DNA of 64,000 nucleotides from NCBI GenBank assembly GCA_002269645.1, contig NIVC01003156.1, positions 1 to 64,000 of the forward strand. The letters are read 5' to 3'. Origin of the DNA: Macrostomum lignano. Taxonomy: Eukaryota. Made by a program: the position numbers and the translations under genes. The notes below the pieces were generated by a model. That model saw only the letters and a list, made by a program, of their open reading frames with translations. It ran no database searches and had not been told where the DNA came from. Below are positions 1 through 13,138 of this stretch, one piece after another; the stretch's first letter is position 1; each line of letters starts with the position of its first letter.

Positions 1-3000
1 ACAAGAATGCGCTTTAACGATCAGCAGCGAGCATTCTGATCTCGCCGCTGCATCCGTCATTTGGTTCACTTGCTGCTCACAAGCCGCAGCAGCAAGCAGC
101 CGCTATCCGTGCAGGCAGTCAGTCTATTTGTGAATTTTCTGGTGGATCTGAAGAAAACCCGTCCGGCACAGGATTAAAGAGAAAGAGACGATCTGTTTTG
201 GGTGAGTATTATCTGCTGTAGAAGTATTGTACACCAGAGTACTTGTGTTACTTGGTAGAGCACAATTCAAAAGCAATGCAACAATCTCAGTGGCATTGTT
301 GGGACACAAGCTACAAACGCATTGAATAGTAAACACAGCCCAGCCTAGCTCAAGCTAGTAATTTGTTGGGCATTTATTGGGACATTGCAGCCAGGCCTAT
401 TTTTTGAACAGCATTTGTTGGGTCGCACTTATTGGGACAATACTGATTCTAATCGCGACTACTTCTGAGTTCTGACTTTTCAAAACAGACCCAGCATTAG
501 TTGAACACGTTCTATTAAAGGGTTCCTTTATAGCCTATTAATGATTACTAAAGCAAGCCTATCTTAATTGATTTCTTTTCCTCGCAGATTCTGAAGTCAG
601 CCACGCCAGCGACATGCCTAAGAGACAAGAATGCGCTTTAACGATCAGCAGCGAGCATTCTGATCTCGCCGCTGCATCCGTCATTTGGTTCACTTGCTGC
701 TCACAAGCCGCAGCAGCAGCAGCCGCTATCCGTGCAGGCAGTCAGTCTCTTTGTGAATTTTCTGGTGGATCTGAAGAAAACCCGTCCGGCACAGGATTAA
801 AGAGAAAGAGACGATCTGTTTTGGGTGAGTATTATCTGCTGTAGAAGTATTGTACACCAGAGTACTTGTGTTACTTGGTAGAGCACAATTCAAAAGCAAT
901 GCAACAATCTCAGTGGCATTGTTGGGACACAAGCTACAAACGCATGAATAGTAAACACAGCCCAGCCTAGCTCAAGGCTAGTAATTTGTTGGGCATTTAT
1001 TGGGACATTGCAGCCAGGCCTATTTTTGAACAGCATTTGTTGGGTCGCACTTATTGGGACAATACTGATTCTAATCGCGACTACTTCTGAGTTCTGACTT
1101 TTCAAAACAGACCCAGCATTAGTTGAACACGTTCTATTAAAGGGTTCCTTTATAGCCTATTAATGATTACTAAAGCAAGCCTATCTTAATTGATTTCTTT
1201 TCCTCGCAGATTCTGAAGTCAGCCACGCCAGCGACATGCCTAAGAGACAAGAATGCGCTTTAACGATCAGCAGCGAGCATTCTGATCTCGCCGCTGCATC
1301 CGTCATTTGGTTCACTTGCTGCTCACAAGCCGCAGCAGCAGCAGCCGCTATCCGTGCAGGCAGTCAGTCTCTTTGTGAATTTTCTGGTGGATCTGAAGAA
1401 AACCCGTCCGGCACAGGATTAAAGAGAAAGAGACGATCTGTTTTGGGTGAGTATTATCTGCTGTAGAAGTATTGTACACACAGAGTACTTGTGTTACTTG
1501 GTAGAGCACAATTCAAAAGCAATGCAACAATCTCAGTGGCATTGTTGGGACACAAGCTACAAACGCATTGAATAGTAAACACAGCCCAGCCTAGCTCAAG
1601 GCTAGTAATTTGTTGGGCATTTATTGGGACATTGCAGCCAGGCCTATTTTTTGAACAGCATTTGTTGGGTCGCACTTATGGGGACAATACTGATTCTAAT
1701 ACTGATTCTAATCGCGACTACTTCTGAGTTCTGACTTTTCAAAACAGACCCAGCATTAGTTGAACACGTTCTATTAAAGGGTTCCTTTATAGCCTATTAA
1801 TGATTACTAAAGCAAGCCTATCTTAATTGATTTCTTTTCCTCGCAGATTCTGAAGTCAGCCACGCCAGCGACATGCCTAAGAGACAAGAATGCGCTTTAA
1901 CGATCAGCAGCGAGCATTCTGATCTCGCCGCTGCATCCGTCATTTGGTTCACTTGCTGCTCACAAGCCGCAGCAGCAGCAGCAGCCGCTATCCGTGCAGG
2001 CAGTCAGTCTCTTTGTGAATTTTCTGGTGGATCTGAAGAAAACCCGTCCGGCACAGGATTAAAGAGAAAGAGACGATCTGTTTTGGGTGAGTATTATCTG
2101 CTGTAGAAGTATTGTACACCAGAGTACTTGTGTTACTTGGTAGAGCACAATTCAAAAGCAATGCAACAATCTCAGTGGCATTGTTGGGACACAAGCTACA
2201 AACGCATTGAATAGTAAACACAGCCCAGCCTAGCTCAAGGCTAGTAATTTGTTGGGCATTTATTGGGACATTGCAGCCAGGCCTATTTTTTGAACAGCAT
2301 TTGTTGGGTCGCACTTATTGGGACAATACTGATTCTAATCGCGACTACTTCTGAGTTCTGACTTTTCAAAACAGACCCAGCATTAGTTGAACACGTTCTA
2401 TTAAAGGGTTCCTTTATAGCCTATTAATGATTACTAAAGCAAGCCTATCTTAATTGATTTCTTTTCCTCGCAGATTCTGAAGTCAGCCACGCCAGCGACA
2501 TGCCTAAGAGACAAGAATGCGCTTTAACGATCAGCAGCGAGCATTCTGATCTCGCCGCTGCATCCGTCATTTGGTTCACTTGCTGCTCACAAGCCGCAGC
2601 AGCAGCAGCCGCTATCCGTGCAGGCAGTCAGTCTCTTTGTGAATTTTCTGGTGGATCTGAAGAAAACCCGTCCGGCACAGGATTAAAGAGAAAGAGACGA
2701 TCTGTTTTGGGTGAGTATTATCTGCTGTAGAAGTATTGTACACCAGAGTACTTGTGTTACTTGGTAGAGCACAATTCAAAAGCAATGCAACAATCTCAGT
2801 GGCATTGTTGGGACACAAGCTACAAACGCATTGAATAGTAAACACAGCCCAGCCTAGCTCAAGGCTAGTAATTTGTTGGGCATTTATTGGGACATTGCAG
2901 CCAGGCCTATTTTTTGAACAGCATTTGTTGGGTCGCACTTATTGGGACAATACTGATTCTAATCGCGACTACTTCTGAGTTCTGACTTTTCAAAACAGAC

Positions 3001-6000
3001 CCAGCATTAGTTGAACACGTTCTATTAAAGGGTTCCTTTATAGCCTATTAATGATTACTAAAGGCAAGCCTATCTTAATTGATTTCTTTTCCTCGCAGAT
3101 TCTGAAGTCAGCCACGCCAGCGACATGCCTAAGAGACAAGAATGCGCTTTAACGATCAGCAGCGAGCATTCTGATCTCGCCGCTGCATCCGTCATTTGGT
3201 TCACTTGCTGCTCACAAGCCGCAGCAGCAGCAGCAGCAGCAGCAGCAGCCGCTATCCGTGCAGGCAGTCAGTCTATTTGTGAATTTTCTGGTGGATCTGA
3301 AGAAAACCCGTCCGGCACAGGATTAAAGAGAAAGAGACGATCTGTTTTGGGTGAGTATTATCTGCTGTAGAAGTATTGTACACCAGAGTACTTGTGTTAC
3401 TTGGTAGAGCACAATTCAAAAGCAATGCAACAATCTCAGTGGCATTGTTGGGACACAAGCTACAAACGCATTGAATAGTAAACACAGCCCAGCCTAGCTC
3501 AAGGCTAGTAATTTGTTGGGCATTTATTGGGACATTGCAGCCAGGCCTATTTTTTGAACAGCATTTGTTGGGTCGCACTTATTGGGACAATACTGATTCT
3601 AATCGCGACTACTTCTGAGTTCTGACTTTTCAAAACAGACCCAGCATTAGTTGAACACGTTCTATTAAAGGGTTCCTTTATAGCCTATTAATGATTACTA
3701 AAGCAAGCCTATCTTAATTGATTTCTTTTCCTCGCAGATTCTGAAGTCAGCCACGCCAGCGACATGCCTAAGAGACAAGAATGCGCTTTAACGATCAGCA
3801 GCGAGCATTCTGATCTCGCCGCTGCATCCGTCATTTGGTTCACTTGCTGCTCACAAGCCGCAGCAGCAGCAGCCGCTATCCGTGCAGGCAGTCAGTCTCT
3901 TTGTGAATTTTCTGGTGGATCTGAAGAAAACCCGTCCGGCACAGGATTAAAGAGAAAGAGACGATCTGTTTTGGGTGAGTATTATCTGCTGTAGAAGTAT
4001 TGTACACCAGAGTACTTGTGTTACTTGGTAGAGCACAATTGAAAAGCAATGCAACAATCTCAGTGGCATTGTTGGGACACAAGCTACAAACGCATTGAAT
4101 AGTAAACACAGCCCAGCCTAGCTCAAGGCTAGTAATTTGTTGGGCATTTATTGGGACATTGCAGCCAGGCCTATTTTTTGAACAGCATTTGTTGGGTCGC
4201 ACTTATTGGGACAATACTGATTCTAATCGCGACTACTTCTGAGTTCTGACTTTTCAAAACAGACCCAGCATTAGTTGAACACGTTCTATTAAAGGGTTCC
4301 TTTATAGCCTATTAATGATTACTAAAGGCAAGCCTATCTTAATTGATTTCTTTTCCTCGCAGATTCTGAAGTCAGCCACGCCAGCGACATGCCTAAGAGA
4401 CAAGAATGCGCTTTAACGATCAGCAGCGAGCATTCTGATCTCGCCGCTGCATCCGTCATTTGGTTCACTTGCTGCTCACAAGCCGCAGCAGCAGCAGCCG
4501 CTATCCGTGCAGGCAGTCAGTCTCTTTGTGAATTTTCTGGTGGATCTGAAGAAAACCCGTCCGGCACAGGATTAAAGAGAAAGAGACGATCTGTTTTGGG
4601 TGAGTATTATCTGCTGTAGAAGTATTGTACACCAGAGTACTTGTGTTACTTGGTAGAGCACAATTCAAAAGCAATGCAACAATCTCAGTGGCATTGTTGG
4701 GACACAAGCTACAAACGCATTGAATAGTAAACACAGCCCAGCCTAGCTCAAGGCTAGTAATTTGTTGGGCATTTATTGGGACATTGCAGCCAGGCCTATT
4801 TTTTGAACAGCATTTGTTGGGTCGCACTTATTGGGACAATACTGATTCTAATCGCGACTACTTCTGAGTTCTGACTTTTCAAAACAGACCCAGCATTAGT
4901 TGAACACGTTCTATTAAAGGGTTCCTTTATAGCCTATTAATGATTACTAAAGGCAAGCCTATCTTAATTGATTTCTTTTCCTCGCAGATTCTGAAGTCAG
5001 CCACGCCAGCGACATGCCTAAGAGACAAGAATGCGCTTTAACGATCAGCAGCGAGCATTCTGATCTCGCCGCTGCATCCGTCATTTGGTTCACTTGCTGC
5101 TCACAAGCCGCAGCAGCAGCAGCCGCTATCCGTGCAGGCAGTCAGTCTCTTTGTGAATTTTCTGGTGGATCTGAAGAAAACCCGTCCGGCACAGGATTAA
5201 AGAGAAAGAGACGATCTGTTTTGGGTGAGTATTATCTGCTGTAGAAGTATTGTACACCAGAGTACTTGTGTTACTTGGTAGAGCACAATTCAAAAGCAAT
5301 GCAACAATCTCAGTGGCATTGTTGGGACACAAGCTACAAACGCATTGAATAGTAAACACAGCCCAGCCTAGCTCAAGGCTAGTAATTTGTTGGGCATTTA
5401 TTGGGACATTGCAGCCAGGCCTATTTTTTGAACAGCATTTGTTGGGTCGCACTTATTGGGACAATACTGATTCTAATCGCGACTACTTCTGAGTTCTGAC
5501 TTTTCAAAACAGACCCAGCATTAGTTGAACACGTTCTATTAAAGGGTTCCTTTATAGCCTATTAATGATTACTAAAGCAAGCCTATCTTAATTGATTTCT
5601 TTTCCTCGCAGATTCTGAAGTCAGCCACGCCAGCGACATGCCTAAGAGACAAGAATGCGCTTTAACGATCAGCAGCGAGCATTCTGATCTCGCCGCTGCA
5701 TCCGTCATTTGGTTCACTTGCTACTCACAAGCCGCAGCAGCAGCAGCCGCTATCCGTGCAGGCAGTCAGTCTCTTTGTGAATTTTCTGGTGGATCTGAAG
5801 AAAACCCGTCCGGCACAGGATTAAAGAGAAAGAGACGATCTGTTTTGGGTGAGTATTATCTGCTGTAGAAGTATTGTACACCAGAGTACTTGTGTTACTT
5901 GGTAGAGCACAATTGAAAAGCAATGCAACAATCTCAGTGGCATTGTTGGGACACAAGCTACAAACGCATTGAATAGTAAACACAGCCCAGCCTAGCTCAA

Positions 6001-6358
6001 GGCTAGTAATTTGTTGGGCATTTATTGGGACATTGCAGCCAGGCCTATTTTTTGAACAGCATTTGTTGGGTCGCACTTATTGGGACAATACTGATTCTAA
6101 TCGCGACTACTTCTGAGTTCTGACTTTTCAAAACAGACCCAGCATTAGTTGAACACGTTCTATTAAAGGGTTCCTTTATAGCCTATTAATGATTACTAAA
6201 GGCAAGCCTATCTTAATTGATTTCTTTTCCTCGCAGATTCTGAAGTCAGCCACGCCAGCGACATGCCTAAGAGACAAGAATGCGCTTTAACGATCAGCAG
6301 CGAGCATTCTGATCTCGCCGCTGCATCCGTCATTTGGTTCACTTGCTGCTCACAAGCC

Positions 6359-6397
<39 letters not shown>

Positions 6398-8255
6398 GCT
6401 ATCCGTGCAGGCAGTCAGTCTATTTGTGAATTTTCTGGTGGATCTGAAGAAAACCCGTCCGGCACAGGATTAAAGAGAAAGAGACGATCTGTTTTGGGTG
6501 AGTATTATCTGCTGTAGAAGTATTGTACACCAGAGTACTTGTGTTACTTGGTAGAGCACAATTCAAAAGCAATGCAACAATCTCAGTGGCATTGTTGGGA
6601 CACAAGCTACAAACGCATTGAATAGTAAACACAGCCCAGCCTAGCTCAAGGCCAGTAATTTGTTGGGCATTTATTGGGACATTGCAGCCAGGCCTATTTT
6701 TTGAACAGCATTTGTTGGGTCGCACTTATTGGGACAATACTGATTCTAATCGCGACTACTTCTGAGTTCTGACTTTTCAAAACAGACCCAGCATTAGTTG
6801 AACACGTTCTATTAAAGGGTTCCTTTATAGCCTATTAATGATTACTAAAGGCAAGCCTATCTTAATTGATTTCTTTTCCTCGCAGATTCTGAAGTCAGCC
6901 ACGCCAGCGACATGCCTAAGAGACAAGAATGCGCTTTAACGATCAGCAGCGAGCATTCTGATCTCGCCGCTGCATCCGTCATTTGGTTCACTTGCTGCTC
7001 ACAAGCCGCAGCAGCAGCAGCCGCTATCCGTGCAGGCAGTCAGTCTATTTGTGAATTTTCTGGTGGATCTGAAGAAAACCCGTCCGGCACAGGATTAAAG
7101 AGAAAGAGACGATCTGTTTTGGGTGAGTATTATCTGCTGTAGAAGTATTGTACACCAGAGTACTTGTGTTACTTGGTAGAGCACAATTCAAAAGCAATGC
7201 AACAATCTCAGTGGCATTGTTGGGACACAAGCTACAAACGCATTGAATAGTAAACACAGCCCAGCCTAGCTCAAGGCTAGTAATTTGTTGGGCATTTATT
7301 GGGACATTGCAGCCAGGCCTATTTTTTGAACAGCATTTGTTGGGTCGCACTTATTGGGACAATACTGATTCTAATCGCGACTACTTCTGAGTTCTGACTT
7401 TTCAAAACAGACCCAGCATTAGTTGAACACGTTCTATTAAAGGGTTCCTTTATAGCCTATTAATGATTACTAAAGCAAGCCTATCTTAATTGATTTCTTT
7501 TCCTCGCAGATTCTGAAGTCAGCCACGCCAGCGACATGCCTAAGAGACAAGAATGCGCTTTAACGATCAGCAGCGAGCATTCTGATCTCGCCGCTGCATC
7601 CGTCATTTGGTTCACTTGCTGCTCACAAGCCGCAGCAGCAGCAGCCGCTATCCGTGCAGGCAGTCAGTCTCTTTGTGAATTTTCTGGTGGATCTGAAGAA
7701 AACCCGTCCGGCACAGGATTAAAGAGAAAGAGACGATCTGTTTTGGGTGAGTATTATCTGCTGTAGAAGTATTGTACACCAGAGTACTTGTGTTACTTGG
7801 TAGAGCACAATTGAAAAGCAATGCAACAATCTCAGTGGCATTGTTGGGACACAAGCTACAAACGCATTGAATAGTAAACACAGCCCAGCCTAGCTCAAGG
7901 CTAGTAATTTGTTGGGCATTTATTGGGACATTGCAGCCAGGCCTATTTTTTGAACAGCATTTGTTGGGTCGCACTTATTGGGACAATACTGATTCTAATC
8001 GCGACTACTTCTGAGTTCTGACTTTTCAAAACAGACCCAGCATTAGTTGAACACGTTCTATTAAAGGGTTCCTTTATAGCCTATTAATGATTACTAATGC
8101 AAGCCTATCTTAATTGATTTCTTTTCCTCGCAGATTCTGAAGTCAGCAACGCCAGCGACATGCCTAAGAGACAAGAATGCGCTTTAACGATCAGCAGCGA
8201 GCATTCTGATCTCGCCGCTGCATCCGTCATTTGGTTCACTTGCTGCTCACAAGCC

Positions 8256-8297
<42 letters not shown>

Positions 8298-8321
8298 GCT
8301 ATCTGTGCAGCAGTCAGTTAA
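1..8321 (+). repeat. Tandem array of ~624-bp units (13 full starts plus a partial copy at the window edge), near-identical, each containing a (GCA)n tract
   Basis: The same ORF recurs at 614, 1236, 1873, 2500, 3125, 3764, 4389, 5014, 5638, 6263, 6912, 7536 and the same ATG context at 8160; spacing 622-649 bp. Length differences come mainly from (GCA)n and small indels. Confidence 0.98.
588..8321 (+). CDS. Putative repeated-exon gene: 237-nt phase 1-1 exon per unit encoding (D)SEVSHASDMPKRQEC...GLKRKRRSVL; terminal copy ends ...AICAAVS* at 8319-8321
   Basis: Each unit has acceptor ttgatttcttttcctcgcAG (e.g. 587/588) and donor TGG|GTGAGT (e.g. 824/825). Exon length is a multiple of 3 and only the phase-1 frame is open. 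AATAAA at 8442-8447 follows the terminal stop. No transcript evidence. Confidence 0.5.
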
Positions 8322-8525
8322 TTCATGAGTTTTTTGGCGGAGCTGGTTATTTTTTTAATTTTCTGAATCGAGAAGCCGATTAACTGCTGTGTGCTTCACT
8401 GGAATATTATTTAGAGGACGCATTTTTTGCAGTCTGTTTCTAATAAAATCCGGTGCAATGACCGCGGTAGAGCTCTAGCATTTGCTTTTTATAGTATTTG
8501 TGTATATTCTTTTTCAAGCTATGCT

Positions 8526-8772
8526 GGAATTGTTGGGACAGCCCTATCCACACTGGCTATGGTGGAATTGTTGGGACAGCCCTATCCACACTGGCTATGG
8601 TTGAATTGTTGGGACAGCCCTATCCACACTGGCTATGGTGGAATTGTTGGGACAGCCCTATCCACACTGGCTATGGTTGAATTGTTGGGACAGCCCTATC
8701 CACACTGGCTATGGTGGAATTGTTGGGACAGCCCTATCCACACTGGCTATGGTGAAATTGTTGGGACAGCCC
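8526..8772. repeat. 38-bp minisatellite (ggaattgttgggacagccctatccacactggctatggt), ~6.5 copies
   Basis: Directly visible; explains ORFs 8427, 8498 and 8635. Confidence 0.95.
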
Positions 8773-9392
8773 CATACTATAGTGTGTGCTGGCTTCTGCT
8801 ATAGTGTGGTTCATTTCCGCATCCTTTTACGTAGCATTCTGTGGGTCCGAATAGCTGACATGTACCTTTTGAGTAATTCTAGTGATTGTGTCATAATCAA
8901 TAAAGTACATTTTTATGAACAGTGGAGTTTCGCTACAGAATTGTTTTTTCCCAGTGGCACTAAATGTAGCAAATTTTGTTTATTCAGATCGTAAAATTTT
9001 TTTGATATGTGTCAATGTCGTTTGTCTTCGATAACCTTAAAGTCCCTTGCCATTTACCATCCTGTCTTCTATAATCTATGATCGCTGAAATTATCTGGTG
9101 AAATTTGACGCGCTGATATTATTGCCTTAGTGGAATTCAGCAAGACACCAGGGTTTTTTAATTCTGTTTTAGACAAGTATACATGTACAATCTGTTGTGA
9201 GTTCAATGCACCTCGAAAAATGCTTTCCAACTGTTTTCAGTAAGCCAAAAGCATGTTGTCAATAAAAATCTATTTGGTGGGTTGAAAATTGCCTGTGTGG
9301 GGACGTGTGTGTGTGTGATTTTTCGTGTGTCGGAGCAGTCCCAATATGTGCAAGTTTTTGCACACTTGGCCAATAAGTGCCTCGTGCACGTT

Positions 9393-9909
<517 letters not shown>

Positions 9910-9919
9910 AGAGATTATC

Positions 9920-10200
9920 TATACTCCGACAATAGTGTTACTGCGTCCGAACTCCGAATGTGGAAGCCACAAGCACATAGATATCAAAGCTGTCTGATGT
10001 TGCTCATTAGGATGACACTCATTAGGGCCAACCATCAGGGCGCAGAGAATCGTACACGCTTGACGATTCGAAAGTCAAGGACCCATGTACACCCTGTGTG
10101 AGCGTGTGTATGAGTGCAGTGCCCGCGTACAGTATTGCGCGCTTGTATTGTGCTCAAGAGTTCTTGTTTAGTCAACAGGCCATGACAGTAGAAAAAGACA
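9920..10200 (+). mobile_element. Diverged copy of a dispersed SINE-like repeat (body only recognised)
   Basis: gacgattcgaaagtcaagg...tgtacaccctgtgtgagcgtgtgt...gcgcgcttgtat aligns by eye with 38980-39080 (+) and 23100-23200 (-). Confidence 0.5.
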
Positions 10201-10817
10201 CATTGGTCTTCGCTCCGTTCGGACGCCAGTAAAATCACTGTCTCACTCTCCTATTGACCCCGGGTAGGAAATCATTTAGGTCTTAGTTTACCTATATGCT
10301 GTTGAAACGACCCAGGCCTAATTAATTTTGTTATTATTTTCTCTATAAAAATTCGACAACGCGCAGTGCTTGCACCATTCGTTTACGTCTGCATCCGGCG
10401 TCTGTTTGCCATCGTCGCCTCAGCTACGCATGCACCACCAGTTTAAAGCGTTGCGCTGCGACAAAAAGACCAAGTCTTGTCAGCAGATCAACGTCACGAA
10501 CAGGTTAAACGAGGTTAGACCGAGGGTTGAAGTAATTAATAGTTAATAATTATAATAGTCATGCAGATATCAGCTGCGATACATTATAGTTGTTTTCTAT
10601 CCCCGCTTTCCGCTTGACAAAATTATTATTACCTAGCTATGTTTACATTATTGTTATTAAAATTAGTTCACGCACTGAGGGATTAGTTTTTAGATGGTGG
10701 TCCATTTACCTGCCATCGTTAGCATTCAAGGTGTCGGTTTGGACTTTTGACACTCACTCATTTAAGAAATGTTGTGCTTTGTGTGAGCTAACAGGAATCT
10801 TGTTCATTAATGAACAA

Positions 10818-12112
10818 CCGATTCACCAACCGTGCCAATCAAAGAGTCGCCGATTCACCAATCTTGTCATTCTAAGAGTCGCCGATTCACCAATCTTGTC
10901 ATTCAAAGAGTCACCGATTCACCAATCTTGTCATTCTAAGAGTCACCGATTCACCAATCTTGCCAACCAAAGAGTCACAGATTCACCAATCTCGTCATTC
11001 AAAGAGTCGCCGATTCACCAATCTTGTCATTCAAAGAGTCGCCGATTCACCAATCTTGTCATTCAAAGAGTCGCCAATTCACCAATCTTGTCATTCAAAG
11101 AGTCACCGATTCACCAATCTTGTCATTCAAAGAGTCGCCGATTCACCAATCTTGTCATTCAAAGAGCCGCCGATTCACCAATCTTGTCATTCAAAGAGTC
11201 GCCGATTCACCAATCTTGTCAACCAAAGAGTCACCGATTCACCAATCTTGTCATTCAAGAGTCGCCGATTCACCAATCTTGTCATTCAAAGAGTCGCCGA
11301 TTCACCAATCTTGTCATTCAAAGAGTCACCGATTCACCAATCTTGTCATTCAAAGAGTCGCCGATTCACCAATCTTGTCATTCAAAGAGTCACTGATTCA
11401 CCAATCTTGTTATTCAAAGAGTCGCCGATTCACCAATCTTGTCATTCAAAGAGTCGCCGATTCACCAATCTTGTCAACCAAAGAGTCGCCGATTCACCTA
11501 TCTTGTCATTCAAAGAGTCGCCGATTCACCAATCTTGTCATTCAAAGTGTCGCAGATTCACCAATCTTGTCATTCAAAGAGCCGCCGATTCACCAATCTT
11601 GTCATTCAAAGAGTCGCCAATTCACCAATCTTGTCATTCAAAGAGTCGCCGATTCACCAATCTTGTCATTCAAAGAGTCACCGATTCACCAATCTTGTCA
11701 TTCAAAGAGTCACTGATTCACCAATCTTGTTATTCAAAGAGTCGTCGATTCACCAATCTTGTCATTCAAAGAGTCGCCGATTCACCAATCTTGTCAACCA
11801 AAGAGTCACCGATTCACCAATCTTGTCATTCAAAGAGTCGCCGATTCACCAATTTTGTCAACCAAAGAGTCGCCGATTCACCTATTGTGTCATTCAAAGA
11901 GTCGCCGATTCACCAATCTTGTCATTCAAAGAGTCACTGATTCACCAATCTTGTTATTCAAAGAGTCGTCGATTCACCTATCGTGTCATTCAAAGAGTCG
12001 CCGATTCACCAATCTTGTCAACCAAAGAGTCACCGATTCACCAATCTTGTCCTTTAGACTGCTTTATTAGCTCTCCCATTCAGCGAGCCTCTGATTCACC
12101 AATCCTGTCATT
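10818..12112. repeat. 32-bp minisatellite (gagtcgccgattcaccaatcttgtcattcaaa), ~40 copies
   Basis: Directly visible. The unit is not a multiple of 3, so the same peptide cycles through three frames (ORFs 10590-12128). Confidence 0.97.
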
Positions 12113-13029
12113 AATTTTAGTCTTTTAAACTTGACCAACACAATGGCACTATGTCATATGCATAGCAATAGTCCATTCTTATTAAAAAAATAGCTTATCT
12201 AGTTCGTCATTTTCTCTAATTACAAAGCCTAATTTGCTTAATTAAGTACTCTCAAGTTAGCGCTAAAAGTTTTTTCGCCTACCGCTTACTCAAACCTGTA
12301 GACCACGCAGCCACAATCCCACAACCTTGTTCACCTTAGCAATATTTTGCACCCTTTCTTTATTTACTACGTGTAATTAATGTTAATATTTTTTATTGTC
12401 CAATTACCAGCTATGAAAATAATTTAAATCGTAAACGAGAACTATTTCGCTATAAAAATTCTCACACAGTGCCCCAGTCCTGAAACAGCCAAGAAACGGA
12501 CAGCCACACTGTCTAGATGGCTTCAGATATTTAATTCGGCGTCCAAGGTTGTTTAATTGCGATAATTGTTGCCTTTTTACAATATTTTTTAAAATAGAGC
12601 GATTAGCTAAAATGCACAATAAAATGGCGCTGGAGTTTTCCCAGTTATCTATAGCTAGTGTACTCTTAAGAGTTCATCAACTGTACTATGCATACACCTT
12701 GATGAAACACATAGAGATTCGAGCTAGATTTTGACTGGAGTTTTATTATTGAATACGTCTATAATACTATCACACTAGATTAGTAGATAGTAGTGTTTTA
12801 ATGACACCCCGGCACAATAGCAGCGCTTATTATAAGGCACATTTTTAAAAAGTAAATATCATTCCATGTGGCTGGCGCCGTTTATTCTAGTGTATATGAT
12901 GTACAATCTGTAAAACGATTCTTGACTAGATTTTCTACCCCAAGCGTACATTGTTCAGCTTTTCCCACCGTGTCGTCACTTTAATTTACACCAGATGGAT
13001 AAGAATCGACTGTTAATACACGCAGACAG

Positions 13030-13138
13030 TGTACATTCATGAAGGGAAGTGGGCGATGCGTTCTAAAAATAACCGTTAACCTTTAGTTTGTTCGAGGGTG
13101 ACTGTTATTTTTAGCAAGCTTCGCCTCGTGAATGTACA
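13030..13138. mobile_element. Short imperfect palindromic (hairpin/MITE-like) element
   Basis: tgtacattcatgaag...ctaaaaataaccgttaacc is inverted against gggtgactgttatttttag...cgtgaatgtaca. Confidence 0.5.

Noticed and set aside
240-300. tRNA, SL-RNA or snRNA gene in the 624-bp unit (ttggtagagca resembles a D-arm/A-box; aattttctgg resembles an Sm site)
   Set aside because: No B-box or cloverleaf, the Sm-like match is imperfect and lies in the exon, and I recognise no 5S, U-snRNA or SL sequence.
124-7974. Minus-strand 68-108 aa ORFs repeated in the array
   Set aside because: Their ends shift with 1-nt differences between copies and they lack splice or terminal signals; they are by-products of repetition.
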